Shown here: piece by piece, positions 12,818 to 24,420 of the stretch
How the letters are laid out: each line of letters opens with the position of its first letter
How positions within the stretch are numbered: the stretch's first letter is position 1
Assembly (NCBI RefSeq): GCF_018977255.1
Contig: NW_024704745.1
Span: 45,322,001-45,386,000 of the forward strand
Source: Callorhinchus milii
Lineage: Eukaryota
Reading direction: 5' to 3'
Length of the DNA: 64,000 bases
Notes under the pieces: generated by a model
Told to the model about the DNA's origin: nothing
The model's database searches: none
The model's input: only the letters and a program-made list of their open reading frames with translations
Translations under genes and position numbers: made by a program

Positions 12818-13224
12818 AACAACAGCAACAACAAAATTGCATTTCTATAGCACCTTTCATGTCGGGAGGACATCCCAAGACACTGGACAATCAGTGTTTC
12901 AGATCCGAGCTGGGGGTTAGGATTGGGGAGGGTGTGGGGCAGATGGGGGAAGAGGGTGACCAAAGGCACGGTCGAAGAGGAGGGTTTTGAGATGGGTCTT
13001 GAAGGAGGCAAGGGAGGGGGCGAGGCTGAGGGACTGCGGGATGAAGTTCCAGAGGGTGGGGGCAGAGTGGCTGAAGGTCCACCTGCCAATGGCAGGCAAG
13101 GCGGGGGACGTGAAGCAGGCCGGAGACTGCTGAACTAAAGGTGCGCGCAGGTTGGTAGAGGATGAGGGGTCACAGAGGTAGGGGGGAGCAAAGCCATGGA
13201 GGGCTTTAAAAGTGAAATGAGGAA
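12818..13224 (-). mobile_element. L2 LINE 3' fragment (family A, CTCCC-loop tail)
   Basis: ORF 12917..13099 reads IGRWTFSHSAPTLWN..FKTHLKTLLF, the L2 ORF2 C-terminus; hairpin tail and (TTG)n follow. Confidence 0.9.
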
Positions 13225-13638
13225 TCAGATTGAGAACGTAGCCCTGCTTTACATAATGCAGAACAAACTTTTGAAAGTTAATAGTTGTGAAAAGAGAAAA
13301 GTGGTGGAATGCACAACAGTTTGATCAGCATCTGAAAGAGAAGATTAGTTATTTCTTCAGAATGGGAGAAATTCCTTGGTAGGATTCAAGCAGGCAGTCA
13401 GAAGCAAACCCAAAACAAACAAAATATAGGTTGGTAATTAAAAAAAATACACAAATTACATTCACAAGAATGGCTCGGTAATAGGTTGTGAAATGTTGGA
13501 AAGTGATGTTGAAAGCTTTTACAAAGATGCAAAGGTATCTAAGAGGAGAATAATGTATTCACGCAATAGTACAATGAAGGAATAGAAAAGATATAGGGGT
13601 GAGTAAGCTAACAGAATGAATGTACACATGGAACTCGT

Positions 13639-13955
13639 GGAGTCCTGTAGCTCAGTGGTTAGAGCACTCGCTTTGCAAGCGAGAGACCTGAGTTCAATTC
13701 CAGGCAGGGCGAAATCTTGGGCAAGTTTCCTTACTCCACACGCCTAATAATAATCCCTCCAAAACCAAAAGCAATAATAAAATTGGTCATTTTTAATCTA
13801 CGACTGTTTGTGGGACATTGCTGTGCGCAATTGGCTGCCACGTTCGCCCACAAATATACAGTCAATTCACTCTACAGTGTGTTCTGTGAAGCACTTTGGG
13901 ACGTCCTCCCGACATGAAAAGCTCTATATCAAATGCAAGGTTTATTATTATTATT
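13639..13955 (+). mobile_element. Young tRNA-CORE-Deu SINE, short form, CTCCC-loop tail
   Basis: A box TAGCTCAGTGGTTAGAGC; anticodon arm CTCGC-TTTGCAA-GCGAG (TGC, Ala); B box AGTTCAATTCC; CORE-like TTGGGCAAGTTTCCTTA; Deu segment; L2 hairpin tail. Confidence 0.97.
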
Positions 13956-14182
13956 TTTTTTCCAAATAAGAGATGGGGGAGAAAGTTGAAAACCCAGCGA
14001 AGAGTTAAAGGCTTGAAAATTGCAACCTGTAAGGTGTAAATCATCACATGCGTTAAAAATTACATTGGAGAAAATTCCACACTATCTGTGGCTTAATTAT
14101 GTTGACTGTCTATCGGAGTGACCACCCCGCTCCCCATCTCCATGACAAGTCTTCTGCTCAAACCCACCCATAATATCCTATT

Positions 14183-14504
14183 GGAGTCCTGTAGCTCAGT
14201 GGTTAGAGCATTCGCTTTGCAAGTGAGAGACCTGGGTTCAATTCCAGGCAGGGCGAAACCTTGGGCAAGTTTCCTTACTCCACACGCCTAATAATAATCC
14301 CTCCAAAACGAAACAATAATAAATTGATCATTTTCAATCTACGACTGTTTGTGGGACATTGCTGTGCGCAATTGGCTGCTACGTTCGCCCACAAATATAT
14401 ACAGTCAATTCACTTTACAGTGTGTTCTGTGAAGCACTTTGGGACGTCCTCCTGACGTGAAAAGCGCTATATTAAATGCAAGGATTATTATTATTATTAT
14501 TATT
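14183..14504 (+). mobile_element. Young tRNA-CORE-Deu SINE, short form, CTCCC-type tail
   Basis: Near-identical to the 13639 copy; TATT(GGA) occurs at both ends as a probable TSD. Confidence 0.97.
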
Positions 14505-14614
14505 GGACTTGCTTGTCACAGTATTGAAGCACCAGTTTAAAAGGAAACTGGTTCAGTGAGAAATAGGATGGTAGAATAGGTAATTTAGAAAGCTGGTCCA
14601 AAGGATTTCTTTAT

Positions 14615-14990
14615 CCGATCATTTCGTGAGGGAGAGATTTGGGACTGACCCAGAGTAAGATTGTAATATAGCGTTCTGGATAGAAAAGTTGTGCACACCC
14701 AAGTTCCGTGAAGTAGCCTTTAACATTGAGGGCATTTTTCAAGTTAAAAGAAGTTGAGAGTGAAGGTGAGTGGAGAAGGGCGACAGAGTTGTTGGGTTTT
14801 TGACCAAGGAAGAAGCAAGGGCCTGAGGTCCATCTTGATGAAGATGTCCATGGCAGCAGAAGAGTCTTGGATATATCTGGCCAGAGAATGCACAGGGTGA
14901 GAGGGAATGGAATCAATAAACATGGAGATGCGCTTGGTGAGACAGGAGCATGCTCTTATGCATCTGCCAATATCGGCCAGGAAGAAAGTT
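14615..14990 (-). mobile_element. Penelope-like element RT fragment
   Basis: Minus-strand translation ACSCLTKRISMFIDSIPSHPVHSLARYIQDSSAAMDI..HQDGPQAL.FFLGQKP resembles Penelope/Poseidon RT (ACSCPTE.IS.YLDSIL.PLV.SLP.YI.D..; HQDGL.AL.FFL). The match is from recall. Confidence 0.7.
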
Positions 14991-15089
14991 GAGGCATGAA
15001 AGGATGTACGTTGGAAGAATCATAATTAGAAACCTGCCTAAGATTGTTAGTATTAAGTTGAATACTTAATGCCACTTTCTAGCATTTCT

Positions 15090-15285
15090 AACCTGTTTTG
15101 ACCGGCTTTCTGTCAGATATCACGTTCTGGATGAGTTCTAACCTGAATGCCAACAAGATCGAGGCTCTTCTTTTTGGTTCCTGTCAGCTTCTTCTCACCT
15201 CCTCACTCGCTGACCGCATCAATGTGTTAGGTTGCTCACTGCACCTCACAGAGCCGGTGTGGGACCTTGGTGTCTTGTTCAATCT
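15090..15285 (+). mobile_element. L2 ORF2 fragment
   Basis: ORF 15098 reads LSDITFWMSSNLNANKIEALLFG...VWDLGVLF, typical of the L2 post-RT region. Confidence 0.75.
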
Positions 15286-15454
15286 ATTCGAGTTAGCTGA
15301 TTACAAAAAGACTGTTTACTGCAAGATATTGGCAACAGCCAGTTGGGAGGGGTTGATTAGTGGCATGTCAAAGTGAAGTAAGAATAGATACGTATATTGA
15401 TATGGAACTGTATGTTTATCTCATCTCAAAGACACCAGTACTGGCAGGGAAAAG

Positions 15455-15790
15455 AACAACTCCAATGCAGTGCTGGGGGTGTATTGCATTGTCAGATGTG
15501 CCATACTTCAGATAAGACCTGAAACCAAGGCTGTTAAAGTCAATGTTGAAAGCACATCATAGCACTATTCTAAAAGAGAAGGGAGTTTCTCCCAGTGTCC
15601 TGGCCAACAATCCCCGAAATAAATTTTATTATTCACTTGACTGGCTGTTTGTGAAAATTGTTTTGTGAAAATGTACTGCTGCTTTTGCCTACAAAATACT
15701 CTGCACTGCAGCCAATGCCCTAACAGTAAATCGTGCAAAGTGCTTTGAGACATCATCCTGACGTGAAAGGCGCTATATCAAATTTAAGTA
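15455..15790 (+). mobile_element. Old Deu-domain SINE relic
   Basis: GCATTGTCAGATGTGCCATACTTCAGATAAGAC..GCACTATT..GAGAAGGGAGTTTCTCCCAGTGTCCTGGCCAACA.. followed by the tail GACGTGAAAGGCGCTATATCAAAT. Confidence 0.8.
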
Positions 15791-18752
15791 TTGTTAGGCT
15801 ATATGTGATACTTAAGGATTGCAAATGAGACTTCAATATGTTGTAACTGAAGAACAATTACTTGAAAACAGTTGCTGTTTTCTGTGATTTACAGCATGTT
15901 TCGACACCATATTGTGGTTCCATGTGCTAGTAAAGACACACTATAACAGACAGCATGTGTGCGTAGTGTTACTCATATCTTGTGTATTAGTTGAGTGAGT
16001 GAACAGTTGTGAAATGACAGAAACATTAAAGTGAACTGGAAGCATAACAAATTGTTCTGACTTTGATCTGTACAGTGTGTACTTAAACACACCTGTTTCA
16101 TTCCAAATTCAATATAAAAAACACATTATTGATAGCACTGCGACAAGAACAGAGCAGGGAAACACTCCCAAACAGGTGTTTCAATTTGCTCCAGTCAGAT
16201 TCAGCAAGACCTATTGTTTCACTGATTCAATTTCTTCCGATTAACATCCTGTTTAGACAGTGAGTGTATGATACTTGGGAACGTGGAAGTGGGTTTAGAG
16301 AAAACAATTACAGTGGAGGAGACAGTCCTGGTGAAACAGAGAGGAAAAAAATTATTCTGCTGAGAGCAGTTTACAACTAACCAGCGCATCACAACTCAAT
16401 GATGGTTGACCTTCCAACAGCTTATGTTCCCAGTAATCCTTTTAATTAGTGTCAAGTTATAGAAATCCATAAAACTCAAGAAGTTCAGCAGATTCTCCAC
16501 TCCTTCCTCCACAAGGGACACAATACACAATAAGCACAACCAAGAGAAATGGTAGAACCAATGAGTCTATCACATTCCTTTTCAAAGAGTTAATGGGTTT
16601 GCACATCATCTCCTGCTGTGTGATGAGTGACGTTGAATTGTTTTGATGCCATGCATCACTTTCAAATATCAGTGGAGATATGCGATGCTGAGACTAAATC
16701 CCCAGTACTTTCTAAATGACATTTAACTAATGGTAGTGATATGCCTGCACAGTAGACAGCTTTGCTCCTGGGCCTTATCTCCATTACTGTTATTTGGATA
16801 GCAGCCAAATGGGAAAATATACATAATGTGTGGAGCAACAAATTGTCACCACTGGAAGCAGCGACTAGCCAGTGATGGCAGAAGAGATGTGCAGCAGCAG
16901 AATGTTAACACTTGACAGTTACTGTCGACAGACAATTGAATATTGAGGTGGGGTGAAATCCCATTATAAACACACAAGGTTGCTATTCAGTGGAAATATT
17001 ATGGGACGATACCAAATAAATTATTGGAGATGATCTGACCAGGAATGCATTGGGAATATAATAAATGGTGAACTGAGCTGGTTCTTTGTGGTCTGCAGTT
17101 ATTAATGGCCGTGGGCCATCCAGAAAGATTTTCCAATTACTGATACTGAGGTGGTTCAGTGAGCACTAAAGTTATCTCATCTACGTGTGAATTATGTCTT
17201 GCAGGACTCTTGTCTCAGGACTCTTAACTGTCTTCACCTGCAGTAACTTCTGATCATTTCAGTTTCACCACTTCAATAAGAGATTACCATTTTAGCATTT
17301 GTGGATTGACATCAAGAGGCATATGCAAACAAGGGCAGCTTCGCCTTTATGTGAATACAAATAGATGAATTATACCTAAAGTTAATTATATCTGAAAATT
17401 AGTTTTTTTTGTTAATTTAAACTTATTTTAAACTTGAGCAAAAAAACTTTACAGAATTTAACAAAGTTGGTTAACTTAGATTTGATTTATTTCAGCTCAA
17501 ACAGTGGAATCTATTTTTTTCTTCCTATTCCCACAAATTAGCTCAAACAGGGGTGAGAGCTACTTTTAGGCTCAATGCATTTGTATTAATGAAATGTAAC
17601 TATTTTATTCCTCACCTTCACGTATGTGAATAAGTGCAGTACCCAAATAAGAACTCACTATTTATCACCATAGACATGCTCATTGACTATCAGTGCAAGG
17701 ATTCATAAAGCAACTCAAATTGTTCTGGGAGATGTATTGGTATTGTGGTCAGATCATTGCCATACGTGGATTGAACTAAATCCATCTGCTTCCATGCTGG
17801 TAACTGCAGCAATGCAAAAAGAAGGTAGCTGTAACTAGTTATTTATATGCACTGATGCATATATGATGCACAGAACCTCTTAGAAATTGTGTGCTCACTG
17901 AACTAGTCAGATCTTTTATTAAGATGAAAGTTGATACACTGAAAAATATTAATCATAATGCAACTGAAATGTGAGCTGTGCCATTATTTGCAACATTTTA
18001 TAATTAAACTCAACAGATTTTTACAATTTTAGCATTAATTTAACTTTTCTATGTAATATTGCTATACTTTGTTTTCAACTAACTGTTTTGTTACATTTAT
18101 TTCTTTCCAAAATATATATTATATATTTTGCTTTGCTTTCCTTTCCCTTTCAAACTATTGAGAACAGAATTGGGTGGGAGGGGTGTGAAGGTGGCTGTCA
18201 CATATGACCACATATGAACTATGATTGAAAGAAACTGGGGCCTTTTGAGAATGAGTGAGTTCTGTTGACCACCAAAACAGGCATCTTGTCAACAACACCC
18301 AAAAGGTTACAGCTGTTTTAACAACACACATTACCATGTTTATCTGCAAATGTTGAGGATTTAAGAGATTTGTAAAGCAGCACATTGCATTAAGTGCATT
18401 GGATTTGTTAAAGGATGCCAATGCAAACAATTAATTTAATCACAGCTCTGATAAAATAAGTTCATTATAAGACAGGGAGGGTGAATTGTTCAGTCCATTG
18501 AAAATTATTACCAGTGAAGTCAGACCATTTTCATTTCCATCCTATTATCTTTCACCTCTGCTCACGGTTCAGTGAGGAATATTATTGTTCATGTAGAGAT
18601 TTTGCAATATGAGTGGATGGTGCAATACAAATTTCCATCAGGCTGAAATAGTGATGATTTGATGATGTTGGTGCTCTAGGAAATGAAGCTGTCCAAAATG
18701 TCTCCACAAGGGAAACATATTCTCTTTAATCAGGAAGTAAATATCAATTTCA

Positions 18753-19071
18753 TAATAATAAAATAATAATCCTTGCATTTGATATAGTGCTTTTCACGTC
18801 TTCTAGAATTCTCAAAGCACTTCATAGAATATACTGTAAAGTGAATTGACTGTATATTTGTGGGCGAAATGCAGCAGCCAATTGCGCACAGCAGTGTCCC
18901 ACAAACAGTTGTGGATTGAAAATGACCAATTTATTATTGTTTTTTTTCTTGAGGGATTATTATCATGCGTGTGGAGTAAGGAAACTTGCCCAAGGTTTCG
19001 CCCTGCCTGGAATTGAACCCAGGTGTCTTGCTTGCAAGGCGAGTGCTCTAACCACTGAGCTACAGCAATCC
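18753..19071 (-). mobile_element. Young tRNA-CORE-Deu SINE, short form
   Basis: Full reverse-complement copy sharing private variants with the 4829-5141 copy. Confidence 0.95.
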
Positions 19072-19143
19072 ACAAGACATGACAATAAAACATTCGCATT
19101 TATTTATTATTTAAAATTGATCAATTTATTGCTTTAACCGTGT

Positions 19144-19216
19144 CAGCGCCTTCGGATATCCTCTCAACATGAAAGGCGCTATACAAATTAAATCTTATTG
19201 TTTTTGTTGTTGTTGT
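19144..19216 (+). mobile_element. L2 3' hairpin-plus-tail fragment
   Basis: CAGCGCCTTCGGATATCCTCTCAACATGAAAGGCGCTATACAAAT..(TTG)n. Confidence 0.8.
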
Positions 19217-19239
19217 CATGAATGATGTGGTTATACATT

Positions 19240-19790
19240 GTTTAATCTCTATATTTGTGTCCCCGGTAAGAGACTCCTCAACCAATGGAAACAGCCTATT
19301 TATGTTAACCTTATCAAACCCTTTTATGATTTTAAATACCTCTATTAGGTCCACCCTTAAATGCCTCTTTTAGCACAAAAGGGTCTAACCTCTTCAATCT
19401 ATCCTACTAGCAGTAACCTGCCAGGCCTAATAGCATCCTCATAAACCTATGCAATTCTGTTTCCATCACTGCTATATCCTTCCTATAGTGTAAAGACCAG
19501 AATTGGACAGAATGCTCCAAATATAGTCTAACCAAGGCTTTTTGTATATATTCAACATCATCTCCTCACTTTTACATTCTCTCCCTTTGGAAATAATGCC
19601 CAAGACCCCATTGGCCTTTTAGTCTTATCTACCTGTATAGCTAATTTTAAATATTTGTGGATCTGCGTCCCCAAATCTGTTTGCTTCTCCACTCGTCTTA
19701 AGTTCCTACCAGCCAAACTAAAGAAGGCTTAATTTTCCCTACCATTGTGAATTACTTCACATTTTCTTACATTAAACTTCATGTTGCATG
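19240..19790 (-). mobile_element. CR1 LINE ORF2 3' fragment
   Basis: ORF 19121..19354 reads DLIEVFKIIKGFDKVNINRLFPL; an LVR.YLEHSVQFWS-like segment lies near 19490-19535. Confidence 0.85.
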
Positions 19791-20339
19791 TAGTTATACA
19801 GAATGTAGTTTTTAAATTCAGTGGAAGTTTTTAACCTTATTATTTTAGCTTGTGATGCTCCATGAAGTTCAAAAGGACTAAAATCCCCACCATGCACTTG
19901 CAAATCTCTGAAAACGAAACTGGAACAATTGCAATGCAAAATTTAAGAACTTTCTTTAAAAATTTAAAGTGATCTGAATGTGCAGTGAATGTATATGATA
20001 GCGATGAAGCTAAATATAGTACCCGAGTGAGTGGGATTGTAAGAAATGACACCTATTTAAATCTTACTTCCAGCACTGACTTATCATTCGTTCATTCTAT
20101 TCAGAAGTAACTATTATGTTGCTGACTCTTCATTCATGCATTTTTTTATTTGCACCTTGCATTGTGCATCTCAGGCCAGTTAATTTGTCAATACTTTTTC
20201 AGCTGAATGTCCTTTGCAGTTTTATAAATGTGTAGATTTCATTCTAATTGTGTTATACTTGGAAAAAGATGGTTTCCTTAGCATTTTTGATGCAGAATTG
20301 AAAAAGATATTTGAGAATATGAGAAAATGCTTTTTTGGA

Positions 20340-20870
20340 CACCCAGTGTCTGACACAGAAACCCATCACCATGCTTTAGCGTACCGAAACCAAACTCAGT
20401 TCTATGGATTTCACCATACTTGGAAATTCCAGAGATATTTATTGGAAAGGAATGTGCACTCCCTACATGGAGGGTCGCATCCTGCTTATCTAATTCCGGA
20501 AAGTATTAGGCACAGGTTGGCAAGAGCCAAGGCTTGTGGACCCCCAAATATGCCTTGGGGTACTATTGAAGTCTCATCAGCTAAAACCGCATAGCTTGTC
20601 ATTGAAAGCACTGTCTGGCTTGCTTCCCACTGCTTATCCAAGTATGACCACCCTATCCATTAGGGCCTTGACTTACAGGGTTGGCAAAGAGCTGAGAGGG
20701 CAGATCCCTGCCCCAGTCACTGGTCTGCTCTTCAAAGTGCTGCCAATGAGCTAGGCTGACTGTGCTGTCATCAGCAGTGCCGTGGAATACTGAGGACCCG
20801 CCAGACTCAGGAACTAGACAACCGAGCCTCCCACAGATGGTTCGCTTGATTCTGACATTCCAATGCGAAA
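20340..20870 (+). mobile_element. Dispersed repeat copy 1, probable DIRS/Ngaro tyrosine recombinase relic
   Basis: Collinear with 23945-24420. Frameshifted translation gives QRYLLER, EGRILLI*FRKVL, PHS, IRAL and a GRW-like segment in tyrosine-recombinase order. The repeat status is certain; the family is inferred. Confidence 0.45.
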
Positions 20871-22761
20871 CATGTCACCTTGGAGCTGGTTCAGCCTCAA
20901 GGCGAGTCCACTTACCCCACTCCATCTCTCCGGTGCTCAGTGAAAGATCAGTGTAGGCTGGAGCCCTCCCTGCAACCGTTTCCCTCTCCACTGCAGCCCC
21001 AGGAGCTCAGAACCATAAAGGAGAACTGTTTGTCCACAGCTCTCATTTGTCACAAGCTTGAACTGCATTGGGACCTTGCTGCCCTTAAAGAGAAAAGTCA
21101 AAGTGTCCTTCACCTCTTATCTGTGTGGCCCTTCAGGACGGTGTCCAGACAGAAGTTGGTACCTACTACAAACCCCAGGTACGATAAAAGTCAATAATGA
21201 ACTCAAGAAATAATGCTCTCATTGTAGCAATGATATTTGCCCACTGAGTTGCATGTGTGAGTGTACTTAGCAATGCTTAAGCTTTTAAGGTGGTGCTTTG
21301 CAACATGCTTCTTTGACTGCAACCCCTTCTGGTCTTGTTACCAGTTTGTTTCATATTGATACAAAAGGAATACTGGCTTCTTAATAAGATGATAGCCGTG
21401 TAGACAACCAAACATCATAACAATCCTCCATCCTTCGAGAATTTCTTTGTGATGCTAGTAGCAGAATCCTTTGACCAATTTAATTTTCCTACTTCTGAAG
21501 CTGTTGGCATGGAAATAGAAAAGGTAATTGGAAAGGATTATCAAACCATAATAATGAAATAACAGAAACTTTAACTTTGAAATCAAAGTCTCCATTCGAT
21601 GAATATTAATGAGATACAATGTCGCTCTGGGTGATTAAATTGAATTTCAAAAATAGAGCTGTGTTTTATCTGGTTTTACTGAAACAGCAGTTGAGCGTTG
21701 ACAGTGAAGCGACCATTTATAGTAGAATGAAAGCTTCAGGTAACCCGACGGCAAATCATAACTAAACTGCCTGTGCTTTCAAACCTCAATAAGGTGAAAT
21801 CTACAGTATTGTTTTCTTTGAAGCAAATGAGATGTTGTCCCCGCTCTCTCCCAACCCATACACACACGCACACACACACAACAAGACCACTATCACCATT
21901 ACCCTGATGTGAAAAGCACTATATAAATGTAAATCATTGTATAATACGCTCAGGGTAATCACACTGGATGCATTCCACAACACCTTGGATTTAGAGACCC
22001 ATTCCTTTTTCTTAACTATTGATGGTCACTAACACCTTCCTCGACTTCCATGCTTCTAATGCGTTCATTTTATACTTTTAAAATAGTAACAATGCTAGAA
22101 CATTGGCTCCATCTTTGTTCTCTTCAAACTTCGACTTTGATTTTTGTGCTGGGAGCATTTGAGTGATGTTTTACAGGACACTGACTGAGTGAAGCAGCAC
22201 TCAATTTCAGCCTTGAGCATCTAAAATCAAAGCCAGACAAAGATTTTAAAAAGAGAAATCATGTGTGACACTGATTTTTGTTTTAAAAAGCAGTGTGAAA
22301 AGTCACCAGCCAACACATAGAAGTGGAAGGAGGATTTAATAACTGTCACTGAAGTCCATCCAACCCCACATCTTGACATAGAATAAAAATACAGGTGTGG
22401 GGCTTGAAAGCACAACATCTGATCCAGAGGCAAAATTGCTACCAGCTGAGCTAAAATAACACATAGCTGGGATTGTATTACTATTCAGTTGTGGTAGCAA
22501 AAGGGGAATGAAAGCCATTTGTGAGAGTTGCAAAAAGATTCACAATTGGCAAGTTCCCTAGTGTGTACCAGGCTGACTCTCTGGAGGTGCACTTGGATAC
22601 CGATCTTAGTTTTAAATTATGCAAAATTCATTTCCGATGGCTGGCCACAACACATCCAGGATTTGCTTCATATAAATCCCTTTGCATCTCAAGCAATTCA
22701 GATCCTATGGGTACTTGAATGCTCTCCTCCCCCTGCCATTGAACAAATGAACAGAATGATT

Positions 22762-23100
22762 GTAACTCACTCATGCAAATCACCTGGGTTCTATTCCGGG
22801 TAGGGCAAAATGTTGGTCAAATTTCCTTACTCCACATGCCTCTGTTTGCCTAGCAGTAAGTAGGAGTCCGGTTGTTAGTCAATTGGTGGATCATTTTTCC
22901 AGGGATAATAATCCCCTTAAAAAAACAATAATTATTTGGTCACTCAATCCGCGATTGTTTGTGGGACACTGCTGTGCGCAATTGGCTGCCGCATTTTGCC
23001 CACAAATATACAGTCAATTCACTTTACAGTATATTTTGTGAAGCGCTTTGAAACATCTAGAAGACATGAAAAGCATTATATCAAATACAAGGATTATTAT
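22762..23100 (+). mobile_element. tRNA-CORE-Deu SINE, long form (damaged head)
   Basis: Contains the full CORE-like GCCTCTGTTTGCCTAGCAGTAAGTAGG segment, the Deu segment and a TAGAA-loop tail. Confidence 0.9.
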
Positions 23101-23129
23101 CGGTAGTAGTATTATGTAGCTCCTTCATG

Positions 23130-23356
23130 AAGAAAATGCCTATTCAGCTGGACATTAAAGATCATATTGGAAGTATTCAAAAGGAGAAGGGCATTTCTCC
23201 CGATGTCCATCCCCCAAATAAAATTGGTTATTTACTTCATGGCTGTTTGTGGGATATTGCTGTGCGAGTCACAACACTTTACTGTATATTCTTATATTCC
23301 TCTCAATGTGAAAAGCGCTAATGTAAGGATTAATAATAATAATAATAATAATAATT
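23130..23356 (+). mobile_element. Old Deu-SINE relic ending in (AAT)n
   Basis: GGAGAAGGGCATTTCTCCCGATGTCC..GGCTGTTTGTGGGATATTGCTGTGCG..GTGAAAAGCGCT followed by (AAT)n. Confidence 0.7.
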
Positions 23357-23944
23357 ATGGATTATTATAAAGGTGCTTTACAGAACACATTACTCTATAA
23401 GAACTGAAACCATTTTTTTGTATTGTGTTGTTCACTGTGTTTTGAAATATTTCCGCCATCATTGGTTTGATGTTTGACACAAATGGTGGAGCCACAAGAC
23501 CATTTAAAATATTTTGCTTATTTAGAAAAAAATAAATGATGGTATCGTAATACTGCATCTCATTTCTTTAAGTCTGGAATAGCGGAATTAGGCAAATTAG
23601 ATTTCTCATGATGTACTGAACGTGCTGTTCATTGATCCGAGGTAACTTTGTGATGCATGTGTTTCTGCTCTGGCAGCCTCGTTTGAGTGGGTGGATGTGA
23701 ATTTGATCCCTGATGGTTTAGTTAGGAACAGGAACATGTCTAATTCCTGGAGAAGCAGTGTAAGTGGGAGGATGAATTTCTTTTACCTGGCAATCTAAAG
23801 TGGGTAGGTGGATGTGCATTTGATCCCCGGTGATTTTGTAGGGAATATGTCCAACCCTGATACCTGGTACTTTAGTGTAGGTGAGTTGACGCTTGTCTGG
23901 TTCCTGGAGGTGTAATCTAAATTGTTTTTTGGGGGTCAGCTGGG

Positions 23945-24420
23945 TATTTGACACATGCGGAAACCAATCACCATGTTTAATATCCAAACCAACCTGAGAG
24001 TACCATTCACCCATGCATACATGGAAATTCCTGAGATATTTATTGGAATGTACACCCTCTCACTGAAGGGAAATATTCTGCTTACCTAATGGCAGAAAAT
24101 ATTAGGCACAGTTTAGCAAAACCAAGACTAGGAGACTCCAGAATGTATGCTGGGGTACTGCTGGAGGCGAACTAGCTAAAACCGCATCGATTGCCATTGA
24201 AAGCACCATCTGCTAAGCTTTCCCACCGCATATCCAGTTAGGCCCACCCTACTTGTTAGGCTTTGGCTTGCAGGGTTAATGGGAGCTGAGGGGGAAGAGT
24301 ACCAACCCCCGGTGATTGATCTGCCTTTCTAAGTTCTGCATTTGCAGACCCACCTGGCACAGGAACTGGACTACCAAGACTCCTGGAGGGCTGGCTTGAT
24401 TGTGACATTCTGTCACCTCC
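23945..24420 (+). mobile_element. Dispersed repeat copy 2, probable DIRS/Ngaro tyrosine recombinase relic
   Basis: Shares GGAAATTCC.GAGATATTTATTGGAA, TATTAGGCACAG, AGCTAAAACCGCAT, CATTGAAAGCAC and GCTTGATT.TGACATTC with copy 1, in the same order. Confidence 0.45.

Noticed and set aside
13639-13710. tRNA-Ala(TGC) gene
   Set aside because: A/B boxes and the anticodon arm are present, but the acceptor stem does not close and the sequence runs into the SINE body; it is the SINE head, repeated about 12 times.
13717-13917. Recurrent ORF family [16 protein letters not shown]
   Set aside because: It is a translation of the SINE body starting at TTG, with varying frames and stops between copies.
21688-21739. 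miR-30-like flank (GTTGACAGTGAAGCGAC) or a small plus-strand exon QLSVDSEATIYSRMKAS
   Set aside because: No miR-30 mature sequence or hairpin follows. Splice-like signals exist, but the peptide is unrecognised and has no partner exons.
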